Source: Macrostomum lignano
Taxonomy: Eukaryota
DNA length: 64,000 bases
Reading direction: 5' to 3'
Assembly: GCA_002269645.1 (NCBI GenBank)
Contig: NIVC01001321.1
Span: 28,858-92,857 of the forward strand
The notes beneath the pieces were generated by a model, which searched no databases, was not told the DNA's origin, and saw only the letters and a program-made list of their open reading frames with translations. Shown piece by piece: positions 45,636 to 58,959 of the stretch (its first letter is position 1; each line of letters opens with the position of its first letter). The position numbers were made by a program, and so were the translations under genes.

Positions 45636-46337
45636 TTATGCCAATATATTTATTGCCAAAGTTGGGGTGGGTTCACAGTATTTCACAGTAGGCCTAAAAT
45701 AAATAATAATTAATTAAAAGTAGTTAATACAAGTCAAAAGAACTTACCCAAATGATACATAATTTAATGTTAGTATATTTTTGTTCCATACTTTGCAAAA
45801 ATTTGAAGTTTGTTTATCATTATGTAAGTTATTACATTCTGTGTATTGATAAAGCTGCTGATTGCAAATTGTATTTATAGCCAAGCTATTGCCATTGGCA
45901 TTATAATTTAATATCCTTTTAACATTCCTCCTTTTACATAGATCATTTGTAGACATATAGCATTTTGAATGCTCTAAAGGCAAATTTATAGTACAGCATA
46001 GTGGTTTATTAATAAGGTGACGAAACTGCTGCTTCACATCTTCAAAACATGACTCATTTCTTTTTAAGTAAGATCCATTTTCAACCATTACACAAGAATA
46101 TAGCTGGTGAAACATAATTGAAACATGCACATTACTATTCCATGCTTTGATCATATCGGATGAAATTAGATTTTGTTGACAATATGAATAGTCATTCTTA
46201 GGTTCAAAAGATTCCATCGAAACCGGAAAATCCATAATATGAGGCGAGTAAACACAAATTGATGAAGTTCGACACAAACATTCTTCACACACAAAGTAAA
46301 GAATGCTAATTATGAGAATAATTTTCGTTGAATACAT
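45636..46337 (-). CDS. AT-rich secreted Cys-rich protein of unknown family; exons 46337-45748 and probably 45693-45636
   Basis: 197-aa ORF with signal peptide (MYSTKIILIISILYFVCEECLC) and 14 Cys, ending at GG|GTAAGT; 54-nt phase-2 intron to TTTTAG|G; upstream 85-nt 5'UTR intron (GTAAGG at 46427, TTAG at 46343). Confidence 0.6.
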
Positions 46338-47568
46338 AGGTACTAATTATATTATATTATAAATTAAACACATAAATAATCGTAAATTAGGATATTATTG
46401 GATATCGAAATGATGTAAAAGCCTTACCACTTCGCTGCACCTGCCTAGGCTGTGTTCCCTTTAGAAAGTGTTGTTCTAAGAAAAAAAGCGAGTTAAAATG
46501 TTAAAATTAAAAACAAAACAATTTAATATAAGAAGTTTAGCTATATTATCTATTTATTTAAAAAAGTAATTATCTTCTAAATTGATTTTGGAGTGTAATC
46601 TATTTTTTAATTTAACTTTTTATGGCAATATTTGCATTTTAATTAAATAATTTATTGGAAATGTTCTAAAAAGTGCTCACTCTCTATTGAATTAGAAGCA
46701 GCCAATTTAGTGAAAATCACGACACCCGACACCGTGCCTTTATAACTTGCTTACTGTTATTGATGCTTATTGATGTTATTGATGCTTGATTATATATGCT
46801 TCTTTTATTGAATTTTGATTTTACACAATAATAAATCGGCGTATTTTATTTTCCTAGCTGTAGACTCACTATGCTGTACTGTAGCGTGTTGTATAGGTCA
46901 AGATCATGCGAAAAAGTATGTTTTTTCTGTTCTGTGGTGAGAGGATAATTATAGTGACAATCAATGCCGCGTTGGCCCATATGTCTTGTCTGATCTTGTT
47001 AAATGGCCTATAACTTGCCATTTTTGTGCAATGGCAGGTCAACCTAGCCTATCTAAAACTAGTATAAATTCAGTGTTGGCGGTTGGGCACAATTCTGATA
47101 CTCCCATAGGCTTCAAGACAATCCGCCAATCCGGCGACAGTCAAATCAGTGGGCACTGGTCAGATCGTCATATTCTATTTCGTCATATTGGATGACAAAG
47201 TGACCAGAAGCAGAGTAGCTTTGAAAAATAATAAGACAATGTGCCCAAATATTCAGTTATGCTGGTTACTTTGTCATCAACCAATCAATCTGTGTGAGAT
47301 TTGAGTTAGTGTAAAGCAATTTTTTGTTTTAATAACTATAAGCTGTGGCAAGTAGAGCCAATAAATTGACAGGTTTTATCAATCAAGATGACAAAATGGC
47401 TAGGATCATTAAGATTCCAAGTAAAATTAGTAAATATGTTTAATTGCCACATTAATTCACTTGGAAGTTGGAACTAATATGATTAATGGATGACAAAATG
47501 ACTCTCTTTAAGTAATGCATGCAAATTAAGATGACAAACTGACCCTAATTATGGTGAGCACCCCAGAC

Positions 47569-48114
47569 GGTACCTATTAAACTGCGGAAACGGATGTGGA
47601 TATGGAACAGATTTGCATACTAAACTGTGGAAATGGATGTGGATTACTATTTTGCGGAATCAATGCAGATATGGATAGCAGATGCAGAAAATCTCCAGAT
47701 TTAATTTTGTCAAAACATTGATAAATTATATTTTGCTTTATTTATAATTCTGTTTATTTTTAGATAATTTGTTTATTCAAAAGTAACAAAAAATGTTTCC
47801 ATTTGCACAACTAGTAACAAAAAAGACGTAATCAAATTTCTTATTTTCTACTATCAGTAGAGTATCTTGAAGCAGCTCTACTTTTAAAAACAGAAAAAAT
47901 AATTTTCTAACATTATATGAGATCGAGAGCAATTTACTGTATTTGAAAATAAACAGAAACCAAAATAAAGCAGAAATATATAAATCAATGTTATAACAGA
48001 ACTAGGGGCCTAAATCTGGAGTTTTTCTGCATCTGCTTTTTATATCCGCATTGATTCCGCAAAATAATAATCCGTATCCGTATCTGCATCCGTTTCCACA
48101 ATTTAGTAGGTACC
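47569..48114. mobile_element. 546-bp MITE with ~100-130 bp TIRs and a 9-bp TSD (Mutator- or Merlin-type)
   Basis: ACCCCAGAC (47560-47568) | GGTACCTATTAAACTGCGGAAACGGATG ... CATCCGTTTCCACAATTTAGTAGGTACC | ACCCCAGAC (48115-48123). Confidence 0.88.
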
Positions 48115-48327
48115 ACCCCAGACATCCCAGATGACAAAATGGCAGATGACAAAATGACTAGGAACCAAATCAGTGACAGATGATCCAGCGATAGATTGTG
48201 GTAGGCGCGGTCTCTCACTGACCAAAATTTTTGACATCATTTCCTTGAGTGGAAATTTTTTTTCTTCAGATAATGTTATTTTCCTTCCCATTTCCCGGAA
48301 CTTTTGTTTTACCATGCTTTTCCCTAG

Positions 48328-49030
48328 GGTCCACCCGGTGTCTAATCGTTACCACCTGGTGTATCCTCTCCTTTCCCCACCTGGTGTCCCTCCTGTCCTA
48401 CCCGGGGTAACCTATTTCCTCCCAGTGGCTCATGAGAACACATTTAAAAGTCTGCGCCCATCTTTCCCAGCCAGATTCTCGTGGCCCATCCCTAAACTCT
48501 GGAATTGCCCGCCTTCCTTGACTCTTTTTACAGCCCTTATGAGAGGCCCCTAATTGTAAGCCCAGCAGCATCTCGACCTGACCAGCTCCTCACCCAACCA
48601 ACTAGTCTAAGCTTATAATTATCATCTATAGTATATTGCTTATAGTGCAAGCAACAGCCAGCAATAATAATAATAATAAGTGCTACTCAGTTACCTACTC
48701 AGATACCGGGTCCACCTGGTATCTAATTGTTACCACCTGGTGTATCCTCCCCTTTCCCCACCTGGTGTCCCTCCTGTCCTACCCGGGGTAACCCGTTTCC
48801 TCCCAGTGGCTCATGAGAGCATATTTAAGAGTCTGCGCCCGTCTTTCCCAGCCAGACTCTCGTGGCCCATCCCCAAACTCTGTGGAATCGCCCGCCTTCC
48901 TTGACTCTATTTACAGCCTTTACGAGAGGCCCCTAATTGTAAGCCCAGCAGCATCCCGACCCGACCAGCTCCTCACCCAACCAACTAGTCTAAGCTTATA
49001 ATTATCATCATAGTATATTGCTTATAGTGC
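48328..49030. repeat. Tandem duplication of a ~320-bp segment (48328-48647 and ~48708-49030)
   Basis: Both copies run from GGGTCCACC...TCTAAT to CTAGTCTAAGCTTATAATTATCATC...GCTTATAGTGC with scattered substitutions. Confidence 0.9.
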
Positions 49031-50523
49031 TTATATTGCTGAAGAAATGAAAAATTGTGCCAGATTTTTGACTTGATCAAACTTGGTTACTTTTGCCATA
49101 GACAAAAATTGTAATTTTAAATTTTGAGGCATGGTCTTTCATTTACAATTGCACAGTTGTGTGCAGCTATATAAGGCTTAAAATAAAGCTATTAGTTGTT
49201 CATATATGTAAAAAACTGGGTATTTTAATAAAGTATTATAATTAAGGTGTCCAACTTTTAGGTATTGGTAATACTTTTTATAGAAAAGGTATTGAAGTAT
49301 TGGTTTTCATCAATACTTTTTTGAGTATTGTACCTAACATTATATATGTTGTAATAAAGTCAATGTAATAAATAAAGAAAAAAAAATTCTTTTTGGATAA
49401 GTCACAGCTAGTATAATTTCAATAGTTAAACATTTTTTTTTGTATTTATTATATATTTTATCTTTGATTTAAACAAATTAGGAATTTGAAGCCATCATTA
49501 GAGCTAGGCTCTAGATAGTATACATGTACACCAGAATTTTCCAGCATACAAAGGGATCTGGTATACACCACTGGCATACAAATTGGCATATAGAGGGGCC
49601 TAGCATACCCCTTGGTGTACAGATTGGCATACAGAGATTTGCCAAGACAGCAAGTAGAACCAAAGTTCCAAGTCCCAATCAATATTCATAGTCAGCATAC
49701 AAAAATGATTAAGTTCAACTTTGGTATAGTCTATATAAATAGAGTAGCTATATTTTAATAAAAAAGAGTAGCTCCCAGACCTTACAAAATCAAAATCAAA
49801 ATCAATAAAATTTTGTGATCCTTAAGTATTGGTTGTAATATTTAATTTTTGTTTTGGTATGTTTTTGTTTGCAATTAAAGTCTGTTGGTATATGAGCTAG
49901 GGAAGCAATTTTTATTCTAGCATATACCAGTACATGATCCTGACCCTCTGGCATTAGAGGACATTGTTTCTATTCTTTTTTATTTACAATCTTTTCTCAT
50001 TGACTTGCACTTAGTAAAATTTATCAAATGAATCTATTAACAATCTATAGCTAAGAATAGGCCTCTAATATCTGACTGTTTTTCATTCCCTTATTCTTAA
50101 GCAGAGACCACCCACAGGGTAAATTATAGATATAGTAGGCATATATTTAGTGAATATTATTTCCATTGATTCTGTTAATTAATTTGATAAACCCAAGATT
50201 AAATACAATCCAAAATAAACCAACTTGAAATTGGATTTAAAATTGTGTTATAGACCAAATTTTTAATGTTATTTCAAGATACTAAGTCATGATATAATAT
50301 AAAATGGTTTCTGAAAATAAAAGTTGTTGGAAAAAAATTTGGCTATGCCTTTGGTTTAAACTTTTCTTGGTCATTGGTCACTTTTATATTCAATCAAGTG
50401 TTTTGGGGTTGAAGTAGGCCCTATGTGATTTGTAAAAAATAAACATCTATTAAAGCTATGCTATTTGTAAGCCTTCAAACATGAATCACACTTATGGAAT
50501 GCTTATAACATTTCAGAGCAGCC

Positions 50524-53500
50524 ATGACACAAGGCAGCTACACACTGGCAGGTGCTGTTGATAGCAGTGACAAACAGCAGGAGGAACTGCTTGAGATCGA
50601 TCTAATTCGACATCCTGGAAAGCCACTGGGCATTGAGTTCCTGTTTGGCCATCTGAGCCTACCGCGTGGTCCCACCAGCGGCCTCTTTGTGCGACGGGTT
50701 GACAGGCAGACCGCTGGAAGTGACAGCGGAGAGGCCAGCTTGCTTGAGGAGGGCGACTTTGTCCTGTCCGCTAATGGCCAGGTAAGTAAAATTTGTCTGC
50801 ACTGCCTTGTTTGTAGGCTGCACACTCAGCATGCCTAACCTAAAATATCGAGGGCAGCACAGCCACCTGAAGACTCAGGGAGGGCAGCACACAGCCACCT
50901 GAAGAATCAAGGAGAGCAGCACACAGCCACCTGAAGAATCAGGGAGGGCAGCACACAGCCACCTGAACAATCAGGGAGGGCAGCACACAGCCACCTGAAG
51001 AATCAGGGAGGGCAGCACACAGCCACCTGAAGAATCAGGGAGGGCAGCACACAGCCACCTGGAGAATCAGGGAGGGCAGCACACAGCCACCTGAAGAATC
51101 AAGGAGAGCAGCACACAGCCACCTGAAGAATCAGGGAGGGCAGCACAGCCACCTGAAGAATCAGGGAGGGCAGCACACAGCCACCTGGAGAATCAGGGAG
51201 GGCAGCACACAGCCACCTGGAGAATCAGGGAGGGCAGCACACAGCCACCTGAACAATCAGGGAGGGCAGCACACAGCCACCTGAACAATCAGGGAGGGCA
51301 GCTAAGTCACCTGAAGACTCAAGGAGGGCAGCTAAGCCACCTGAAGACTCAGGGAGGGCAGCACAGCCACCTGAAGACTCAGGGAGGGCAGCTAAGCCAC
51401 CTGAAGACTCAGGGAGGGCAGCACACAGTCACCTGAAGACTGCAGGTTCACAGCCGAATTCCCCTCTGAAACCGGGCAGGAGCTCCGCACAGCCGCGACA
51501 GAGGCGGCCGCACTGGAGGCGATCCGCAAGGCCGGTCGGCAGTGCCGTCTTAGAGTCCTGCGCAGCGACTTTGTCCGCTCTGAGTTTCTCAACTGCCTTG
51601 TCCGCTCTCTTAACGGCGGCGGCGTCATCGGCGGGTCTCGCCGCGGACCTTCAGCAGTTGATGACGACGTCGCGGTGCATCAGCGGCGTCCGCAGCAGCA
51701 GCGACAGCGCCGAGCAGCTGCTGAATCAGCTTCGCCGACTCGATCCCGCCACCAGGCGCCGCTGCCGCCGACTCAGAAGCAGCCGCAGTCGATGCCAGCC
51801 CTGTCATCGGGCGCCAGAGTTCCGCTGGCAAAGCTGGAGCTGGCGCTGGCCCGGTTGGGCTACCGGTTCACCGCCGGCGAGCTGGCCGAGCTCAGGAATT
51901 CCGTTGGCGGCGGCGGCAGTGGCAGCGTGCCGTTCGGTCAGTTCGTGGCCGCCGTCAGCGACATCATCGGCAGGCGGTGGGGTGCTGGCAACCAGCTCGA
52001 AATTGAGGAGGCTGTGGTTGTTCGTGAGTTGCTACGAGACTTTGCCACTTCTTGATATTCTGATATTTTTAAATGTCATTACCATCCTGACACTCAATAA
52101 CCATCTGACGCCCTTAATGATCACCTAAAATCTCAGAAAATCATTTAACACCATTGATAATCATCTGACACCATTAATAATCATCTGACACCATTAATAA
52201 TCATCTGACACCATTGATAATCATCTGACACCATTGATAATCATCTGACACCATTAATAATCATCTGACACCATTGATAATCATCTGACACCATTGATAA
52301 TCATCTGACACCATTGATAATCATCTGACACCATTAATAATCATCAGTCTCCATTGATAATCATCAGACACCATTGATAATCATCTGACACCATTAATAA
52401 TCGTCTGACACCATTGATAATCATCTGACACCATTAATAATCATCTGACACCATTGATAATCGTCTGACACCATTAATAATCATCTGACACCATTAATAA
52501 TCATCAGACACCATTGATAATCATCTGACACCATTGATAATCATCAGACACCATTGATAATCATCTGACACCATTGATAATCATCTGACACCATTGATAA
52601 TCATCTGACACCATTGATAATCATCTGAAATCCGTGGATAATCATCTGACACGATTGATAATCATCTGCAATCCGTGAATAATCATCAGACACCATTGAT
52701 AATCATCTGACACCATTGATAATCATCTGACACCATTGACAATCATCTGACACCATTGACAATCATCTGACACCATTGATAATCATCTGACACCATTGAT
52801 AATCATCAGACACCATTGATAATCATCTGACACCATTGATAATCATCTGACACCATTGATAATCATCTGAAATCCGTGGATAATCATCTGACTTCATTGA
52901 TAATCATCTGCAATCCGTGGATAATCATCAGACACCATTGATAATCATCTGACACCATTGATAATCATCTGACACCATTGATAATCATCTGACACCATTG
53001 ACAATCATCTGACACCATTGATAATCATCTGACACCATTGATAATCATCTGACACCATTGATAATCATCTGACACCATTGATAATCATCTGACACCATTA
53101 ATAATCCTCAGACACCATTGATAATCATCTGACACCATTAATAATCATCTGACACCATTAATAATCATCTGACACCATTGATAATCATCTGCAATCCGTG
53201 GATAATCATCAGACACCTTTGATAATCATTTGACACCATTGATAATCATCTGACACCATTGACAATCATCTGACACCATTGACAATCATCTGACACCATT
53301 GACAATCATCTGACACCATTGACAATCATCTGACACCATTGACAATCATCTGACACCATTGACAATCATCTATACCTTTACTAACGGCTGTCCGCCGCTC
53401 GCCTCAGCAGCCGCAGCAGCGGCCACCTCGGCGGCGGCCCCACCTTCGCAGCGGCACCGTCAATCCGGCGGCTTCGAAGCCCGCGACAAACTGGACGTCG

Positions 53501-54129
53501 TCGACAGCGGCGCGGCGAAGCAACGGCCGTTTGTCGCTGCTACGTCGACATCGACTGGCTCGCAGACTGCGCTGACAGGCCCGGCCCAGGACGCCGCAGT
53601 CGCCGCCGCAAAGTCTGAGGCCCGCGAACTTGCCGACCAGTGCGCCGCTCTGCAGCGCCGCCTGGACGACGCTGAGGCAGCCATCGAGCGCGACAGGCGA
53701 CGTCTGGCGGTGCTGGCTGGCGAGCTGCGGAAATCCGGCCGGCATAGCAACCGGCTAGCAACGGCGCTGCAGGCTACGCTGGACCTGCTGGGCCGCCTGG
53801 CAAACCTCGACCAGGCCGAGCGGGCCGAGGCCGACGCCGTTGCCGAGCGGGCCGCTGAGTTGCTAAGCAACGAAGGCTTTGATGGCAACGACGACCTGCC
53901 GCCAGGTTGGGAGCCGGCGCAGCTGCGGCCGGGCGGTGCCGAGGCCGCCGCCGCCGTCTTTGCCAACCATGCCGAAGGTCGGGTAGCTCGGCAGCCGCCG
54001 GCAGCCGGAAATTCCAAGCGGGCCGAACAGGAGGCGGAACCGGAAGTCGACGGGCCAAAGCGGCTGCAGCGCTACCGGATGGACATTCTGGACCGCAACG
54101 GCGTGCCGGTCAGGCAGATCGCGCTGTGA
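50524..54129 (+). CDS. STXBP4: STXBP4/Synip-like protein (PDZ, EF-hand-like, coiled coil, degenerate WW); exons 50524-50781, 51480-52023, 53408-54129; ~507 aa
   Basis: PDZ KPLGIEF...GLFVRRV...LLEEGDFVLSANGQ|ELRTAATEAAALEAIRKAGRQCRLRVLR; EF-like LARLGYRFTAGELAELRNSVGGGGSGSVPFGQF; coiled coil EARELADQCAALQRRLDDAE; LPPGWE. Introns GT-AG, phases 0 and 1. Orthology inferred from domain order. Confidence 0.7.
50865..51440. repeat. 32-bp minisatellite AATCAGGGAGGGCAGCACACAGCCACCTGAAG in STXBP4-like intron 1
   Basis: Period 32 (51001, 51033). Confidence 0.96.
52145..53370. repeat. 20-bp minisatellite AATCATCTGACACCATTGAT in STXBP4-like intron 2
   Basis: About 60 units. Confidence 0.98.
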
Positions 54130-54204
54130 CGGCCAGGCGGCTGCTTCAGCTGTGGGTCTTCCGCGGATTGCTTGAATTGTAATTCAGTAATTGCAGGCTT
54201 TCTT

Positions 54205-54319
54205 AACTGTCTGTCTGTCTGCCTGTCTGTCTGTCTGTCTGTCTGTCTGTCTGCCTGTCTGTCTGCCTGCCTGTCTGTCTATCTGCCTGCCTGTCTGTCT
54301 GTCTGTCTGTCTGTCTGCC

Positions 54320-54367
<48 letters not shown>

Positions 54368-54459
54368 AGTCTGCCTGTCTGTCTGCCTGTCTGTCTGCCT
54401 GCCTGTCTGTCTATCTGCCTGCCTGTCTGTCTGTCTGTCTGTCTGCCTGTCTGTCTGCC

Positions 54460-54503
<44 letters not shown>

Positions 54504-54878
54504 AGTCTGCCTGTCTGTCTGCCTGCCTGTCTGTCTATCTGCCTGTGTGCTGTCTGTCTGTCTGTCTGTCTGTCTGCCTGTCTGTCCTGTTTGTCTGCCT
54601 GTCTGTCTGTCTGTCTGCCTGTCTGTCTGTCTGCCTGCCTGTCTGTCTGCCTGTCTGTCTGTCTGCCTGTCTGTCTGTCTGCCTGCCTGTCTGTCTGTCT
54701 GCCTGTCTGTCTGTCTCCTGCCTGTCTGTCTGTCTATCTGCCTGTCTGCCTGTCTGTCTGTCTGTCTGTCTGTCTGTCTGCCTGCCTGCCTGTCTGTCTG
54801 TCTGTCTGTCTGTCTGCCTGCCTGTCTGTCTGTCTATCTGCCTGTCTGCCTGCCTGTCTGTCTATCTGCCTGTCTGCC

Positions 54879-54923
<45 letters not shown>

Positions 54924-54960
54924 GCCTGCCTGTCTGTCTGTCTGTCTGTATGTATGTATG
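54205..54960. repeat. (CTGT)n/(CTGC)n microsatellite
   Basis: Directly visible. Confidence 0.98.
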
Positions 54961-55880
54961 TATAGAATCGTTTCTATTTAAACAATGCTTCATTACAGGT
55001 TTCAGTTTTACTCAATTTCAAACACGCAAGCCAAAGTGTAAATGCTTGGCTGTCTCTAGTCTTTTAATCGTTGGATTTTGAATTTGTGCCTACAAAATCA
55101 AGTTTATAAATTTTTTCTTATCATTTTTTATTCCAGCGCTTCCCCAGAGACATTCTGTGATTTCGTTTCGATGGTAAAGTTTAAAGTACATCATCGTGTA
55201 CTTCGCCTTTTTTACTTTTGGTCAATGGTATCTCCGTAAGTATTTGAGTTTGGCTGTCTTCCTTTAAAGCGCAGATGTTTATGCACTGTTCCTCTTTTAT
55301 TATTTTTTATCCCTAATAAGTTTTTGATGCTATTTATTTGCTTTTGAAAACTGTCTACCTTCTTGTTAGCGCTCAGATTTCCTTTCAGAACTGGCGATTC
55401 CAATTAATAAAAATGCAGTTTGAAAACGCGATGCACTGCTGGTCACGTGCTGTGCGACGTCTCTAGCTGAATTATAATTCTGGGTTTTCATTGTCCTGTG
55501 TAATTTGACCAGCTTTGTGAACTGGCGCTGTACTTTATCGCTGTTTGATAATAGTAACAATTGAACCCTTCCGCATCGAATCTGCCAGTTGATGCAGGCT
55601 GAGCAGGGCTCAGAGAGAATGTGCAGTAACTTTCCTCTAGCAACTATTTACACAAGTGTCGGTTATATCGCAGATTTGTTACTGAAAGTAGCGTGCTAAG
55701 CAAATGTTTGTTAATATTATACAATATTCCAAATGAACATCGCGTATGCGAGTTTTCGAAACGCAGGCATGGCGAGTTGGACACGAATTGAACGAACAAC
55801 ACTTTAATGCCCTGTGCTTTTGCATACATTTGCACAAGTACATGGGTGACAGCACTGACTATACTCTCGTATGTTATCCA

Positions 55881-56985
<1,105 letters not shown>

Positions 56986-57208
56986 TGTCTGGAGAGACTG
57001 TCAGGACAGCTCCAAATTCTGTCTGTACAGACCAGGGCTGAATGAGGGTGCATTGGATAAGGTTATAAAATATCTGTGTATCATGGAAAGCTGAGCAGCA
57101 CCAGCGCATTCTCGGCTCTGAAGAACAAGCGATAGAAAAGTTGCGCATGCTCGCACGCAGAGTCGTTGACGCTCGAAAGCCGCTGGCTGCATATTGCCAA
57201 GGCATTTT

Positions 57209-58796
57209 TCAATTGCCTGCAGCGCTTGCCGTTGCGCTTCTGTTCACTGATGAAGGAAGCTGCGGCTGCTCCTGGCGAAGCTGCTGATTGGGCATGCCGG
57301 ACTGGTAGTAGGACCTGCGCACTGCGGGTGGGGCAGTACCGGTCAATGTAATAACTGCCTCATCTGTGGCTTTTGTATTAACCTCATCAAACCAGCACCA
57401 TCTCATTCTCTTGTCTCACTCTACTCTCCCATCTCTACTCTCCCATCTCACTCTACTATCCCATCTCACTCTACTCTCCCATCTCTCGACTACTCTCACA
57501 TCTGTCTACTCCCCATCTCTCTACTCTCACATCTCACTCTACTATCCCATCTCACTCTACTCTCCCATCTCTCGACTACTCTCCCATCTCTCTACTCTCA
57601 CATCTCTCTACTTTCCCATCTCTACTCTCCCATCTCACTCTACTATCCCATCTCACTCTACTCTCCCATCTCTCGACTACTCTCCTATCTCTCTACTCTC
57701 ACATCTCTCTACTCCCAATCTCTCTACTCTCCCATCTCTCTACTCTCCATCTCTCTACTCTCCAATCTCACTCTACTATCCCATCTCACTCTACTCTCCA
57801 ATCTCACTCTGCTCTCCAATTTCAAACTACAAATAAATATTCAATTTGATGGCTAATCCAGCCAACAAGGATGCAGGAACAGAATGGATGGCTAATCTAG
57901 CCCACATGGATGAAGGAATAGACCGGATTGCTAATCTAGCCAGCATGGATGCAGGAATGGATTGCTAATCTAGCCAGCATGGATGCAGCATGGATTGCTA
58001 ATCTAGCCAGCATGGATGCAGGAATGGATTGCTAATCTAGCCAGCATGGATGCAGCATGGATTGCTAATCTAGCCAGCATGGATGCAGCATGGATTGCTA
58101 ATCTAGCCAGCATGGATTGCTAATCTAGCCAGCATGGATGCAGCATGGATTGCTAATCTAGCCAGGGTGGATTGCTAATCTAGCCAGGATGGATTGCTAA
58201 TCTAGCCAGCATGGATGCAGCATGGATTGCTAATCTAGCCAGCATGGATGCAGCATGGATTGCTAATCTAGCCAGCATGGATGCAGCATGGATTGCTAAT
58301 CTAGCCAGCATGGATGCAGCATGGATTGCTAGTCTTCTCAATCAGCCTCACCCAGGTCGTCGATGTGGTCGGACATGGACAGCGTGACGCCCACCAGGAT
58401 GACGCAGATGGCCAGCAGCACGAAGGCCACCGCCATGACCACCCGGGCGATTCGCTTCTGCTTCTCGGTCGGCGGGCTGGCCTCCGAGTTGATGACCACC
58501 GTGGGCGGATCTGGCGGCAGAAGGTCGTCAGCGTCGCCGGAGTAGCTGTTCAGCAGCTCGATGGGCGAGATGGGCGCCAGCTCCACGCCGAGGCTGACGC
58601 TGCCGCCGCCGACGCCGCTGCAGACCGTGGAGGCGGCGCCGCACCATCTGTCAGTTCGAACGTCGTCTTCGATGTACACCGTGTGGTGCTGCTGATGCTG
58701 GTGCTGGTGTCTGGGATGCTGATGATGATGCTCATGGTGATGCTGGTGATGCAGCAGCTGGCAGTGGTGGCAGAGTGCCCGGTCAGGCTGCAGCAT
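57209..58796 (-). CDS. His-rich single-pass membrane protein of unknown function; exons 58796-58352 and 57321-57209; ~185 aa (may extend 5')
   Basis: His/Gln tract, then basic KQKR and TM IARVVMAVAFVLLAICVILVGVTL, then SMSDHIDDL|VRRSY across a phase-1 G|GTGAGG...CCGCAG|TG intron. Frame is open back to an acceptor near 58843. Confidence 0.7.
57405..58332. repeat. Two intronic arrays: pyrimidine-rich CTCTACTCTCCCATCTCA (57405-57820) and 33-bp GGATTGCTAATCTAGCCAGCATGGATGCAGCAT (57885-58332)
   Basis: Directly visible; period 33 at 58201/58234. Confidence 0.95.
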
Positions 58797-58959
58797 GGCT
58801 GCCCTGGATTTGATTCGCACAGGAGTTGAACTCCTCCTGGCACTGCACAGGTGTTGCAGTCAATGAATTAAGAGGAATTAGCCTCTCACAGGGTGGCACA
58901 TTTTCACATAAACATTGTCATCTAACATAACAAAAATTGCCATCTGACATAAAAACGCT

